Part shown: positions 12,918-27,900 of the stretch, one piece after another
How the letters are laid out: each line of letters opens with the position of its first letter
How positions within the stretch are numbered: position 1 is the first letter of the stretch
NCBI GenBank assembly: GCA_964035545.1
Contig: OZ037765.1
Location: 30,627,504-30,691,503, forward strand
Direction: 5' to 3'
From: Bugula neritina
Taxonomy: Eukaryota > Animalia > Bryozoa
Length of the DNA: 64,000 nucleotides
The notes under the pieces: generated by a model
Database searches by the model: none
Told to the model about the DNA's origin: nothing
The model's input: only the letters and a program-made list of their open reading frames with translations
Position numbers and translations under genes: made by a program

Positions 12918-15900
12918 ACCACCACCACCACCACTACTAATATACTAAAATTTGTTTTTGAACAAAGCTGCTCAGTTCAGGACTCCAAAAGATACTACAT
13001 TAAACCATATCATCTAAATGGCATACAATTATACAAAATATAATTTAAGAGCTACTATGTTTATTAACTTGTATAATTTATTTTAGAGTTGAACTCCAGG
13101 CATAAGTTGATTCAGTATGTTGTGGAAAAACAAGGCATTCAGTATATAATTGACAGGTAAGACAACTGCTACTGTTTGCTGTTGCGTTTAAGTTATATAA
13201 TATTATGTAGATACTACTGAAAAGGCTGTTAGGATGTTAAGATTATTGTTTAAACTTTAAATGAATGCTATCTTATTAATATGAGCTGAGAAACTTTCTT
13301 GTCAATTCTAAAAGTGACACAATTCCTACGCTTTTCATGACTAAGCTGTGTCACAATCTGGTTCATACAATGACTTGAAATGCTACGGAAAGTGCATTGA
13401 CATTGTTATTTAACCAAACAGCTTACACCCTGAACCATGGGTGTCCAACCTTTTCAAACCAAGGGCCACAGAAATGAAATATTTCACGGCTAGGGCCACA
13501 TTGTAAGCTTCAGCTTGTGCCAGGGCCACAGCATCAGTATTTTTTAAACTACTTCATTCCAAAACTTTATGAATCATTACACAATTAAGTCTCAATAGTT
13601 ACTGCCAGCTGCATTTTTTGTGTTATTTGTATAAATAAGGCATTTAAAAGGTGGCTTTTCACTTTAATTCATGTAAACAGTGAAAAATTATTTTAGCTTT
13701 ATGCCTTTGAGGGCCACATAAATGTAGGCTGGGGGCCACATCCGGCCCTTGGGCCGCCTGTTGGACAGCCCTGCCCTAAACCATGGGGATCTATTCTAAA
13801 GAATTAGCTCGTTTTTGTAAATGGCTGAGCCTTCACAGCTTTTTGCACAAAAGTTCTCTTATACATTCAGTATCCTTTTAAAGTTAGAACAATAATTTGT
13901 ATCAAAGCATTTGTTGAGTTTATGATTGGAATATATTTAATGTAGGTTGGTGTTATGTTAAAACACCATTTCATAACACCAAAGTCACAAGAAATTTTTA
14001 GATTAAAATTTTGTTTTCATTCTTTTATTTTAACTTATCATGGATGTGATTTTTCTGGTGTAATCATAATTTCTTAAAACAAAAACAAAAAGTGTTTTTT
14101 AAAATAAATGTAATTTAATGAAATATTGATACAAATGAAATGACAACTGTAAATAAGTGTTCAATATGTCATTTTATCATTTTTATGCGTTCTTTTCTGA
14201 AGGCCTCCAAGTTTCATATCTAATAATAAAACTGTGCACTTCCTAAATATTGAAAGCTGCACAGAAATTTCATACAAATTACATTGTTTTCAAGAAAGAA
14301 GTGAATATTGTTTTGCAGATGTGAAGCAATTCCTACCACCAACGAGGGTAAACCTGGTATTCTGCAGATGTCCAGCCCCTTCAGATCTGAGCATGCTCCA
14401 GCTGTTAAAGTCTGTCTCATGTGGTTTGATAAGTTACTGGCTTGTCTCGATGCCTACTGTTGGTTCATTGGAAATGACACTCTCAGTGCTAGTCAGCTAT
14501 TGGCCGGTAGGTATCAGCACAACATCTTCAGTATACATGTACTAGTTGTTAGTATTACAGTGATCAAATGACTTTAGTTTCTCTTTTTTAGGACTTGGAG
14601 AAACTAGAATTGAAGGATTTGTTTAAAGTTGAATTTACACACATAGTTTATACAATAGTTATCTATTGTATTTTAGTAGTTGTGTTTCCTCCTATAGGTT
14701 ATAATATAATTTTGAGTTGTCTGCCCTATATTATAAGGCAAACAATTTGGAGTTGTATTTTTTCTTCTGAGTTATTTAGAGCAGACAACTCAAAATAAAG
14801 TTTCATTGTCACCAGCCTTCCTTTTTATTTTCTCTGCTATATAATATATCTGGTATAATTATAAAATTAGATTTCATCAGTCCTAGTTCTACAAATTTCA
14901 ACTTAACTGGAAATATATTTCCGGCTGAATGAAGAGCATAAGAATTAAAGAATACACACTTGATCTTCCCTTATAAGGGGCTCTTAAGCAAAAATATATA
15001 TAATGAAATAGCAAGGCCATAATAGCGCATTTTCACCTTCATTACAAATAATACAATAGTGCACATAAATTAAATATGAACTTATGAAATGTTGCAATAT
15101 TTAATAATATTTTTTTAATATCTAAGTTATGTAATTCTTGAATACCTTAAAGAGTTTAAAACCAGAAGTCGTGAAATTTACTTTCTACATTCTCTGATAC
15201 TTTGAGCTGTGTTGCAGGCAGAGTAGGAATATTCTCGATCTTGTCACACTTTGTCAGTGATGTCTCTATGCAGTCACTGCATGACCTCACAACAGCGAAG
15301 TCCGGCGGGGTCGCTTACACTCCTGCAGAAGTTGACGAGTATAACAGGTGAATGTGACACGTGCTGCCGTCAGCTGATATCAATGCTCCAAGCTGCTTAA
15401 CATTTTTATTTACTTGACTAACATTTTTATGTGTTAGGTTATGTTGGTGCATTGTTGTGTTTTTATGTTGTAGATGTAAATGCACTGCTATGGTTAGGAT
15501 ATTTGACTTCATCACTATTATTATGGCTAAAGATAAAAGGGTCAGTCAGTATTTCTGCATATCTGTTTTCCATGAGTGTTACAGAGAAATGAATCATAAG
15601 GAAACTATTTGTTTAGAACTGTCAACTTGATGACTAAGTTAGAGTTTTTTCAACTTGTTTATAAATTTTTGGAATTTGATGAATTGTAGTAATAAGGAAG
15701 TGTAAACTGCAAAGTCATTCAAGCATTCTGGAATGGTTAAAGGATTAATCCAAATTAATTTTGATTTCACAATATTTTAGATGCTGACTCAAAACAATTT
15801 GTTGAATGCTGACTTTTGGCGTCTCCTCGGCACGTGTATTGTGGATCCGGTGGAGGTCGGCTTCAACATGGCCGACATTGTGATTTTAGAGAATCTTCCA

Positions 15901-18900
15901 TCAATTCTTAGAAGCCTGCTGCAGACTGCTTTGCGCTTCTTAGACTCAGCTCAGATGAACTCCTTCTACGAGAGTATGAGGAGTCTACTGACATCCCGGT
16001 TAATGAGTTATATTACTAGTCCTCAGTCTATTGCTAGTCTTTATTCTGTTAGTTTTATGCTGATTTACTTTTACTATAGCATTTTATGTATTTTCCACTT
16101 ATGTGTAAACTCTCAAATATTTAACATTTCTAGTTATACATACTTGTATGTATAATATATATTATGTTATAACTACTATGTTTTATTTCTGATTTTCTAC
16201 TTGAGAATCTAATACTCTAATGTATTGTAATAGGTTTAAAGTGCTATTCTAATCTTGTAAGATAGCAAGTGATGCTTATTGGACCATTCAGGCTAGAGAA
16301 ATTGTGTGACCCAGTTCAATGACATGCAATCATTGATTTCCCTTGCAGGTCTTTGAGTTTGAAGAGTTGGCTACTTGTAATTAACCTTGTGAAATGGTTT
16401 ACATTAGTTTACTGAACTTTGACAAACATACAAACTGAGCATATATGTTCAACGTATATGGTTTTTAACACGTGTTGCCAAGAACTTAGTTTATTTAATT
16501 TATGAGATTATTCGGAAGTCGATTAACAACAAAAAAGTATTGATTTCATTGTTCCAACTTCCAAGTTTCAATCTAGCTTGTATAAAGTGTCAAGTTGTCA
16601 TGTGATTTTACTTTTCATGAGAGCATAACTCTCACATCTAAAATATCTCTCACAACAAACAACCTTATAGGCACTTTTCTTATACTTGAAGCTGCAATAG
16701 CCAATGTTTTTAAATTATGCTTTCTTTACTTCAATTTCTCAGTATACGAAGTAAAGTATTAAATAGAATACATGCTAATTGGTTCATAGCATACCACAGA
16801 TAGTAGAACTTCCTGTAGTTACTTTATACTGTATGTTTCAACAGTGATGGTAAATATAACCTCTACCAGATCTTACAATCCATGGAGTTGTCATCACCTG
16901 AGGAATACCATTTGTTTTGCACTTACCTCACTGGAGGCTACCAACTCCTTGTAGATGTCAACGTTCTCACTAAAGCTTTACCTGCTGGCGTAATGTCTTC
17001 TGATCTCAGCCTAGCTCTCACCAACACTCTCGTTAAGGTACTTGTAAAAATATGTAGTTCTACTCGGCTAACAGGAAATTATTAGTTTGTATATACTTTT
17101 CTAATTCCTTGCGTATGGAACTGCTAAGAACTTAGCTAAGCATAATAAACTACATGTTGATGTTTAGCTGAAAGAAGTTTTATATTTCATTAGTCAAGAA
17201 TTAGAATGTAAACGTCATCTGACGGTGTATCATTAGAAGGTTTACTCGTAAATAACAAGATGTTTTTAGTGTGCAAGAATTTACTCTATTTGAAGAGACA
17301 AAAGACGTATAAAAAGTATCATTTAACCTCTCATCATGTATTCAAATGACACTATTGTCCTCATGGAACACGAGCTATTTTCCTCATGCAGATATCCTTT
17401 TAAGAAGCAGATTCAGTAACTAACAAACCTTCTAATCGGCAGAAAGTTTCCAGTTTACATGTTGTGTAGTCATAATCCAGGTAAATTTTACATAATCATG
17501 AAAGTTATGGCACAGAAAGCAATCATTCTTTAACTGTTTACCACAAAAAATTTTCATGATTAGTACTGCTAACAAATCACCAGCTCTGATTTTGTTAGCA
17601 GCACTGAAACCAAGGCTAGAAATCAATTCTGCATTAGCGTTCAATATTAAAAGATGCTATGATCAGTAATGGATTTAAAACTAATAATAATGATAATAAT
17701 CATAATTAGAATAATAGAGTATTATTTTATAATAGCAATAATTTACTTAATAAATTTTAATACACTGCATATAATGATAAGCTTGTGTTACATTCTATTG
17801 TATTAGAGCTCATTGTCAATAAATTTGATCAACTTTAAGCATTTTTTTCGCTACACTTCTTTGTACCAGTATGAGTGTGTGACTTTAATCTTCTCTGCTC
17901 ACGAACAATAATTATTCCTTCAAGTATGCATAAATAATATTTAATATTGATAGCTCTGCTACTAGGAGTTATTATTCTCTATTATGTTGTTCATTTTTTC
18001 TTTTAAACTTGCACTCTTTATTGTCTACACATTAGGTTAGCACAAAATGGTTGATCTTTTCAATACAAAAATCAGTGAACTTCAAGTGAGTTAAAAGAAA
18101 AATTATATTAAAATGAAGTTTCATGTTTATATTACCAATAGTGTAAGAGTACACAATTGTATATAATATTCGTTTTACACCATTTACCATATATTATATG
18201 ACATAATATATATAAGTTTACAATTCATAGTTCTTTAGCTATCTGTTATATAATAAAGAAAATAACTAGCTGATCAAAGTAACACTGTTATAATGTCAAC
18301 TAAAGTTCATAGCTTACTATACCTAATAGCTATGATCAGTAGATGTTAATCATGTTGTCTTATTATTGTCATAGTCGGCATCTATATGTAATATTTGTGT
18401 GCTTCTTGCTAAACAGTTAGATTTCTAGATTCCACAGTGTTACTATCATTTTTATTTGTAGTAGTTGTACCTAATAAATATACAACGTAGTTCATTACAA
18501 GTCAGCAATGCTCTGGTCACATATTATTACACTACATACCCCCACACACTAAAAGATATAACAAGTACCATTTAATGATTCACTACACTATCAATGTTGG
18601 TCTGATAGTGTAGTGGATAGGGGTTCACTCCACACTATAAGCAAGTTCAAGCTGCCAGGGTTCAAACTCTAGTATACAGTTTATATTGAACTTTTCATTC
18701 GGTTTATTTATAATATAATAATATGTAAATATTTGCATTGCATGTTGCTCCTCTCTGCAGAAAAGTATATATGAAAACCAGTGATAAATGCAGTATTAAT
18801 GAAATATATGGTGTCATCTACATATTGTATGTCAACTATGATATATCTCATAGTATTTGCTTTCTATTATATATTATTTATAACATATTGGGTGGTATTT

Positions 18901-21900
18901 ACTATATCTAGCATTTAATATATATAATATGATATTTACTATATATTGTGATTATATGATATTTACTATAATATGTTACATAATATTTACTATATATTTC
19001 ATGGTATTCATTATATATTATGTATTGTATATAATTGTTATATATTATGTATTGTATATAATTGTTATATATTATGTATTGTATATAATTGCCCAGTGTT
19101 GAATACGGTGTTACAGGCAAGCAGTATAAAGGTTAGTGAGCCATCCACCATACGTCTGCTGGAAGTCATATACAACTTGGCACTCAGTATTGGTGTGGAC
19201 AACAGCTGTGTTATAGAGATGCTCTTTAAACCCAACGGTCTCACTTCCTACTCTTTAGTAGAAGAGGTAAATTATTTGGTAGCATGTTTAATTATCGAAA
19301 TTAGCAGTATGGAGTGTCAAGTGGTAAACAATTCACTCAACATTCAACTTTACAATAAACAATTCACATGTTGTTCTTCATCATACTATTAGAGGCCTAA
19401 ATTGTGGGAATGAAGTTGAAAATACATTTTGTTTATTATTTTCCCTATGCTAATTTATTATGTTATGAAAATTTTGTACATTAAAATGTTTTTTGTCTCA
19501 ATGAATTAAATTTACACAAGCATGTGATTCCCTTCAGCAAACCGTTTCAATGCTATTTACAGGTACTTTTGAAGTATATGACAAGTAAAGGTTCCAGCTT
19601 GATCCCCTCAATTATGGGGAAGGCCGCTTCATCGCCCCACCAAGCTAGTTCCTATATCATTGGACTGTTGGAGTATTGTAGAGCTGCTGCTGTTTCTGCC
19701 AGGTTTGTTTTTGTTTCACTGCTACTTGCCGAAGCATAGTTAAGTATTCTCATGTGAATGAGAATGAAAGATGGCTACTATATACTCCACTGACCTTCAC
19801 CTGCTTCACACATCTGCATATATATGTTTATATAATATGTTTAAATATGTCTATAAATATCATATATATGTTTCTATATGTCTATGCATACCATATATAT
19901 GTTTCTATATGTCTATGCATACCATATATATGTTTATATAGGTATGTATACCATATAATATGTTTATATATGTCTATGCATACCATATAGGTCTAGCTAC
20001 AGATAATTGTACTTACCATATATATGTTTATATATGTATGCATACCATATGTCTATCTACAAATAGTTGTATATATGTGTTGATTCTGACATCATCTATA
20101 TGCTTATAGTAGAATAAAATATTCATTAACAGTAGTGTTGAGAGATACAGGAATTATAATTGTCACTGTTTTTTAATCACCGTGTCCAGTTGTATGTTTT
20201 TGTGTGTAGAACTCGGATTTTAAAGTCAACTAGAAGCTTCATGTTTGTAATATTTCATTCTCAAAATTGTTGCGAAAAGACTTTGCAGTAGCTATCTAAT
20301 TGTCTGAGAAATAGTTAGCATTTCAGTTTTAAGTTTTTATTCCAATTAATTGCTCATTATTGAGAAAGTGAGATTTTAAAATGAAAGAATTTATAATGTG
20401 AGCAGTAAATTCATTGGCAGCTACATTTGATTATCAAGTTTTGCTGCTGACAGCATATGGTGTGTGACAGCCCCTTTAAGACTAATAAAACTGGTACTTT
20501 ACTGATACTTAGACCAGTTCTATGGTTCTGGTAAGAGGTGTAGCTGTTAGATGTTTCATCACCAGTACATATGATTAGCCATGTTTATTGTAGGCAAACA
20601 CAGCTGGTGGCTGCTGCTGTCTTAGATAACTGGCAGCTTCTGGACAGTTGGTGGAGGAATGATGCTGCCGGTACTGCCTCCGCTGCTACTGCTGTCACGC
20701 TGTCTTATTGTATAGTCATCATCAGGAAACTCATTCTTATTGGTGCAAAAGTAAGCTCTCTTTTAAAACCCACCGTACTATTAGAAAGAAGCTATGTCAG
20801 TCTGTGTGCTTGTAGGTATAATAGGTTTCATAAACTGTTGCAAATTGAAGTGTTTGTTTGTATTTAACTCGAAACTGATATATCTTTAATCTAATTAGAA
20901 TAGAATAACTTCTCGCTTGCTGCTAACCTCTGCTGCTGCGTTTGCTTTTAGTTGGACGGCAGCAAGAATTACCCAATCATAGTGCAGTTCTTTGTCCAGA
21001 CAATCACCTCCGCCCAATCAGAGCAGTCTCACAGGGTAAGTGCGTTATCTTATATAACCTGACCCACATGTCTACCCGCACATCTACCCACAAATATTTT
21101 TGGTTGTCCACTGCGTACTTGCGTTACAATAAAATTTATTATAATACGTTACTCTTAAAATGCTTATTTTTTTCTTTTTAACAAATATTTTAATATGTTG
21201 CTTGTAGCAAATTTAATTCTAAAACTTTTTGAAGCCTGTTTTAATGTCATCTGCACATAAAGCTAAGTGTTTGACAATATTTCAGAACGAGCTGCTTGAT
21301 GTCTTACCGAGTTTTCTCTCCGGAACCAAAGAGCAGAGTCAGATCGTGAGGTTACTATCAACGTTACACTTTATTCTCATGATTAGGGCTTTATTACACA
21401 ACCCATTCAATATGTGTACTATTATACGAATAATATCTGTTGTTACAGCAGCATCAGTGTTAAATCTGGAATATTAATTTGAACTTCCCCATAAGTATTA
21501 TAGTTCAATGATGATATTCAATCTTGTTTGCATTAACTTATGGTTGTAGTTTATTCATTGGCCTGTTTCCAAACATTTAATGAAAAATCCATTTGAAGCA
21601 ATGAATGTAGGAGTTCTAGGGTTTTCAAGAATCTTCCAATATAGTATTTCATTTATCATGTACTCGTTTACGGTCTAGGCTGATACATTCCATTGTTATT
21701 CAAGAGTTCTTGGTAGATATAAATAGATTACAGCTGCTGAGGAAAATGGTCTCCTTTGTACTGATTATGAAACAAGGAACTCATTTGTTACATACTTACT
21801 AATTACTAAATTATCCAACTTTCATATTCTGTATTACTCCTAGTGAAATATTATCAAAATAGTATTTTTTGATACTAGAAATATAATATTTAGCATACTA

Positions 21901-24900
21901 GAGACAATTTTAATAACATAGTTCCGTAAATAAATCATGCATGAGTAAGATAGAATTAGTGATAACAAACGCTAAGTGTTTTGTATGGATAAAACAATAT
22001 GTACATCTATTTTTATGAGTTTCTAGATTTTTTTTATAGTATAGCCTGATTATAGTGACATAATTACATCAATATAGTTGCTGATGAGCCTATCTAGCCC
22101 CACTCTTTATAACACAGAGCTATGCCCAGCTATGGCGGTGTAGTTGCGTTCGATATATTGTCTATTCCAACCCTCAAATTACAAGTTTCCAAATGGGCAC
22201 TGTCAACCCCACTCCAAACCATGAGATTGAAATCCTGTATTAGAAATAAAGCAATGTCAAGCTGCCAAAGTTGTAGTAATAGCTAAAGCACAGCTTGAGA
22301 CTTGAACTTGTGTCTAACTAGATGCATATAACCAATTATGTCAATTGATTTACTCGGTATTTGCAACATTTTGCTCTCCCAATAGTGTTTATAATACCTA
22401 ATGCTGAAATTGTGTGCATTAAATCTTAGCCTTATAATCTTATACGTTCTAGCATTGTTTTAGGGGAAGTATTCAGAAATATGTCAATGACAGATTTCCA
22501 TTGAGTAGCTCAGAGCTGCCTATGGAGTCCACAGGCTATCATGATTATATGGCAGTATTCACCAAGGTCTGTATGTTTTCTATCTAAGGGCTGGATTATG
22601 TTTCCTACCCCCTACTTTCCCTCCACCCCTCCCTTTCTCTCCTTTCATCCCCTCCCTCTCCCCCACTTGTTAATATATCAGCCATATTCATTATTAAGTC
22701 ATAACCTAACCATAATATATATGAAAGAGTTTACTGATGCAGGTGGTTGGAATGTGTTTAGTTTGTTATTAGTATAAGTATTTTATTAGAAACATGTTTG
22801 ATAAGTGAAGTTGAAACACTGCCACTAAAAGAAAATTCATCATTAGCATCAAATAGAGCCTGATATTGTTAAGAAAATGCTCTTGAATCTTTGTGTGTAC
22901 AATATGTGCATATATCTTTCTGATTCAATAACATTAATCATTTTCACTGGGGAGTGTTAGTTTGACTTCTGCGTTGAAGTTGTCTTTCCTAAGTTGAAGT
23001 CTTCACGTTACAGTAGGGGTACTGTTGGTTACTGTAGGCCTATTGTTGGCTAATAGCTTGTCTCTATAATGTCAGTTAGTTCCTGTTTCTAATGCTCTGC
23101 TACACATACTAGTATTGCTGCATACTACAACTGGTAGAATGTATAGAGTTATCCTGAAATAGGCCACTAGAAATAGAATATCCGCGGAATAAAATACATT
23201 TCTACATAGAGTATAGAGTATAGAGTAGTAGATAGAGTTTAGAGTAGTACATAGAGTATAGAGTAGTACATAGAGTATAGAGTAGTACATAGAGTATATA
23301 GTAGTACATAGAGTATAGAGTAGTACATAGAGTATAGAGTAGTACATAGAGTATAGAGTAGTAGATAGAGTATAGAGTAGAACATAGAGTATAGAGTAGT
23401 AGATAGAGTATAGAGTAGTAGATAGAGTATAGAGTAGTACATAGAGTATAGAGTAGTAGATAGAGTATAGAGTAGTAGATAGAGTATAGAATGGTATATA
23501 GAGTATAGAGTAGTACGTAGAGTGATAAATATAAACTTATATATACATATATAGAGGATGAAATGACATAATCGTAGTAAGCTATTGTTTTACTCTGTTA
23601 TGTAGTAAATATTTGTGTTATATTTCCTCCACCTGTTTTTATACTAGCACAAAGTGGCCATAGGCACTAATCAATACCAGGAAAAGGTAGGCAGCCTGAT
23701 GTTGCATCTAAAGTCTAAACCAGGGCTGTCCAACAGGCAGCCTACATTCATGTGCCCCTCAAAGGCATAACAGATAAAATTAATCTGCAGATGTATATGA
23801 GTCGAAAAAGCCACTTTTAAATGTCTTAAATTTATATACATGCTAAAACCATGCAGCCCGAAGTAACCATTGGAACTTTATCCGTGTAATGAGTCATAAA
23901 AATTTGGAATAAACACGGATACTGTGAGCCCCTGTTCAGGCTAAAGTTTATAATGGGGCCCTCGTCATGGAATATTCCATTTCAGTGGCCCTCGCCCTGA
24001 AAAGGTTGGACACCCTGGGTCTAAACTATAATAGCACTTGTGTAGTTATCATAGAACCATGACAGCTGGTCTACCAGCACTAATAAGCACGATATGACGC
24101 GATGTCAGTCATGTAATAATATTTCAGGTATTTGATGGTTTGACTTTTAAGAACACATCTTAAATAAGAACTGTGTTTGTTTTTCAAAGTTCCATTTCCT
24201 GTATGAAATCCTGACAGCAAAGAGTTTTTTTTAGAGTTAAGGACTTGTTTCTCCTGTGGCCAAAGCAACAATAATGACTGAATGTCCTTCCTAGCATTAC
24301 CTTGTGCTTGCTAAACCAGTGCTCCAACTACTACACAGCAGCTGTTTCAAAATGTGTCTAAAACACAATGGCCTATTGCTGGTTTTAAAAATGGTATACA
24401 ATCAAAATCTCTGCCATGGCTTTGAATATAACTAAATTGTATTGTAAGAAGCGTAAACTGCACATAACCTTTTTCTGAACAAGAATAATTAAGATCATAT
24501 CTATGAACAAGGAATTAATCACAATCTGGTTAATGTAGGTTTGAAGAATTATTCTATAAGCAGCTCGGTGTTGGGGGTGACTAAAGGCAATAGTTTGCAG
24601 TTCTTGAGTTTAGAGTCGGGTATATCGAAAACCCTAAACTGTCGACTCAGAAATGCGAATTGCTGATCATTCACTCCCAACTCGGAGCTGCTTATAAAGC
24701 AATTCAGGTTTGAACAAGCCTGTCAAACTTGACTGATTTAGGTATTTTGTACGGACAAAAAGAGATATTATCTGAATTGGCTATTTATATATCTGCTTAT
24801 ATTATTTACATGCGGGCAGCGCAAATTTAAAAGCTATATTTTTGAATTCTTAGATGTATCGTGCAAAATGGTAGTTCTCAAATACTTACAGAAAGCCTTT

Positions 24901-27900
24901 TGTATGCAAAGCTTCTTCAAGCCGTAGGAAAGTTGAATTAAACCAGAGAGACTCACCGTGAACTTTAACCCTTTGGAGAGATTTGACCTCTACAAATGGG
25001 GTTACTGATGCAGTAGAAATGGGGAAATAATTCACAGCAGCTATATAATACCACCAGGAAGTGTCCAATGAAATATTTACACTCATTTCACTTCTGCAGA
25101 GCTTCAGTTTACTGAATAACATAAGCTGTAGCTGTGCTCCATAGTTTGTAGAGTTGCTCGAGTATGGACTAAAGTAATCATGTCCCAAACGCAAATGCTA
25201 GACCCAGGCTAAGTGAAACTTTACTTCTCTACATTTTTAACTGTATGCCAGCCCCAACATTTAAACTATATATAGTTGCCATGTTTGTCAGTTCATACAT
25301 CAGCTCTTTCATTGTGGTGTCTAGCTGAAGTCTGCAATAACTCTTGTAAATGCAAAATGGTTCATCTTACTGTCTCACCTACCAGTGGGAGACTTAATTG
25401 CAGTCTTCATTAAAAGTAGTTTGCACAAAATTCTAACACAGTTTGTGATGGGTGTCTCAATTCACTTGAGATTTTATGAACTGTTTTAGCTATACCAATA
25501 AGTTCATGTTCACTATCAACAAAACCTACAACAACACAAAGTTCAAGGTTATTGTGTCATATATGTTGCTGGATCGTAAGTTGTTGAGAATGTTGGATCA
25601 CCTTTTCAGATGTGGAACGCACTTGATTGTACTTGAATTACAGACACCATCTTTCTAAATTCTGAGAAACTAAAGAATTAGCTGTAGGAATTTGTTGGTC
25701 GCTAGTAAACTTGTAGACTTTTCAAGTAATAGATTAGGTTTAACTCAATAAATAGTGGCATAGTAGTTAGAGCACTGGTATAACACACACTAGGTCATAG
25801 AATCGTATCCTGGTAGGCCATTGGTCAGGTCTGAAAGCACATCCAACCATAATTATTGGTTCCGTGCTACTTTAGAAGCTTGAACACCATGTTGCCTACA
25901 TGGTGAGAAGCACAGCTCTTAGCCCTCGGGCATACTTTTATTCTGAGGGAGGGGGTAGGGAGGCCCTCACAAGAATGGAGATTTGAAACAAGTTTGAGTT
26001 TTATACCTAGCTACTCACGGGTTTCAATAAACATATTTATTAATAGCCTACAACCAATTCGGAGCCAATTACAAAATACATTTAAATTGATAACAAGTTT
26101 ATTTGTGATTATTTTTAGGCACATAGCCTAATATCTTTGGTTTATATATAGTTATTATTTCGGAACTATTATCACATCCAAAATCTCACATTCATAGTCT
26201 AGTACATTACCTACAAAATCAGATCTGACTATTTGTTTATTGTGCAACTAGTTTTAATCAAAAAAGTAATTAAAATATTTGATTACTGTTGGGTATAAAG
26301 GTGATAAATTGAAAGGCTTGATTTCAGTAAACTGTATACCTATAATTTGCATTGCTAGTTCATTAAGTGGTCTTTGATGAGGTTGCATTGCCATATCTGC
26401 AAAAGCTTGATTGGGAAGCTTAAGCGATGTTTATTTAAGGCTCTATTTCAAGTATCAGAACTCTATTTCTTATATAAGCAACTTGCTCTCCACTTAGTAT
26501 ATAAGCTATTTAGGATCTAAGATAGAAATCAATGCGTTGTTTAAGCAAGATCCTAAAAAGACCTAATTTTGTATTGCCTAAAATTGAGGTTAAAGTTAAA
26601 TAGTCTTATTCATTGAATTACAACCCCCTAGTTATAGTTTCAGTTCAGTGGTCTTAGTTTTGTGGGTTGGTTTTTATGTAAATACAGGCAATAAGTATAA
26701 CAAATAGTGTTCCTGCTTTTTCTATGAATCATATGAGATGCTTCCTACTTGATGCTACATGTCAAAATATCTACAGTGTATGATTAAAGCACAGGTTTAC
26801 ACTTACTAGTGCTACTGTAACAAGTAATACTTACAGTTGATCATATTATAACTATCTTCAATATAGAGAGCTTAAATATAGCACCAACTTTGCTATAAGT
26901 TATGTGTTGTGGGTTTGGCTATTTCTATTCTAAAATAAAGTATTTTCGAAGCTATCAGAACTGAGGTCAAAATATGTCAAATAAATTCATTGTGTTTTCA
27001 TGGTATGATACCAGGTTTCCCGTTGTTATACTAGTAATACAAAAACCAGAAACTTGAACTCTTAGAGGAGGTAATGAATGTTGTTACCCATAATATCTCT
27101 GCCCCTAACACCGTCTACAGTTCAAATAATATGGAACATTTGCCAAAAACTCGCCACTAGCTTAAGACATTTTTGTTAAACCAATCTCTAAAAAGAACTG
27201 TTTACATTTAAAAATGTCAAATTAAATTTTTAGGTAAATCTGTGTTACATATTTTATCTACTGGCATTTGTAGCTTTGCACATGAACTTTTACACAATTC
27301 CAGTATTGTTAATTTACAAGTCAACCCCTTTATTTAGACATGGGGGCTCTAGTAATTATAATTCTTATCTTACAAAGACATCTCTGACTGTATCATAAGC
27401 ATAATTAAAATTAAAAAGGGCTTTAAAGCTAGCTATTAAGGGAGCAGGCGTAGTCTAGGGGTTAGAGCGTTTGCCAAGTAAGCACGAAGTCATGGATTCC
27501 AACACTGACAAAGGCCATTGGTGATGTTAGGGAAAGCTTCCAGTCATAATTGCTTCTGTGCAACATCTTAGTCCTTAGCCCGATTTAACAAGAACCTTTC
27601 CATTAGGATTTTCTCACAGGGGTAGAGACGATAAACTTTCGCGAGTTTAAAGCTAGTTATTACCTTTATTGAAGAGTCATGATAGCTCTGGAGATGGAGG
27701 GAGCATTTTCAGGGTCACCACTTCGACTAAATAATTTTAAAGCTGCTTCTTTTTCTTGCAGATTCTTGAAGCCATGGTTATTGATTGCGACATGGAGTTG
27801 TTCAAGATAATGTTGGGAGTTGTCTGCCGGGAAGAGAGTCATGCTCAAGAGAATATTATTCAGGAATATATTAGAAGATTTGGCCTTCGGTTATTATGAC

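Noticed and set aside
23072-23442. [12 protein letters not shown]-repeat ORFs
   Set aside because: Translation of a 19-bp minisatellite.
22567-27761. Missing PRKDC exons in the large intron
   Set aside because: The flanking exons join in frame (YMAVFTK|ILEAMV) and are colinear with the recalled vertebrate sequence.
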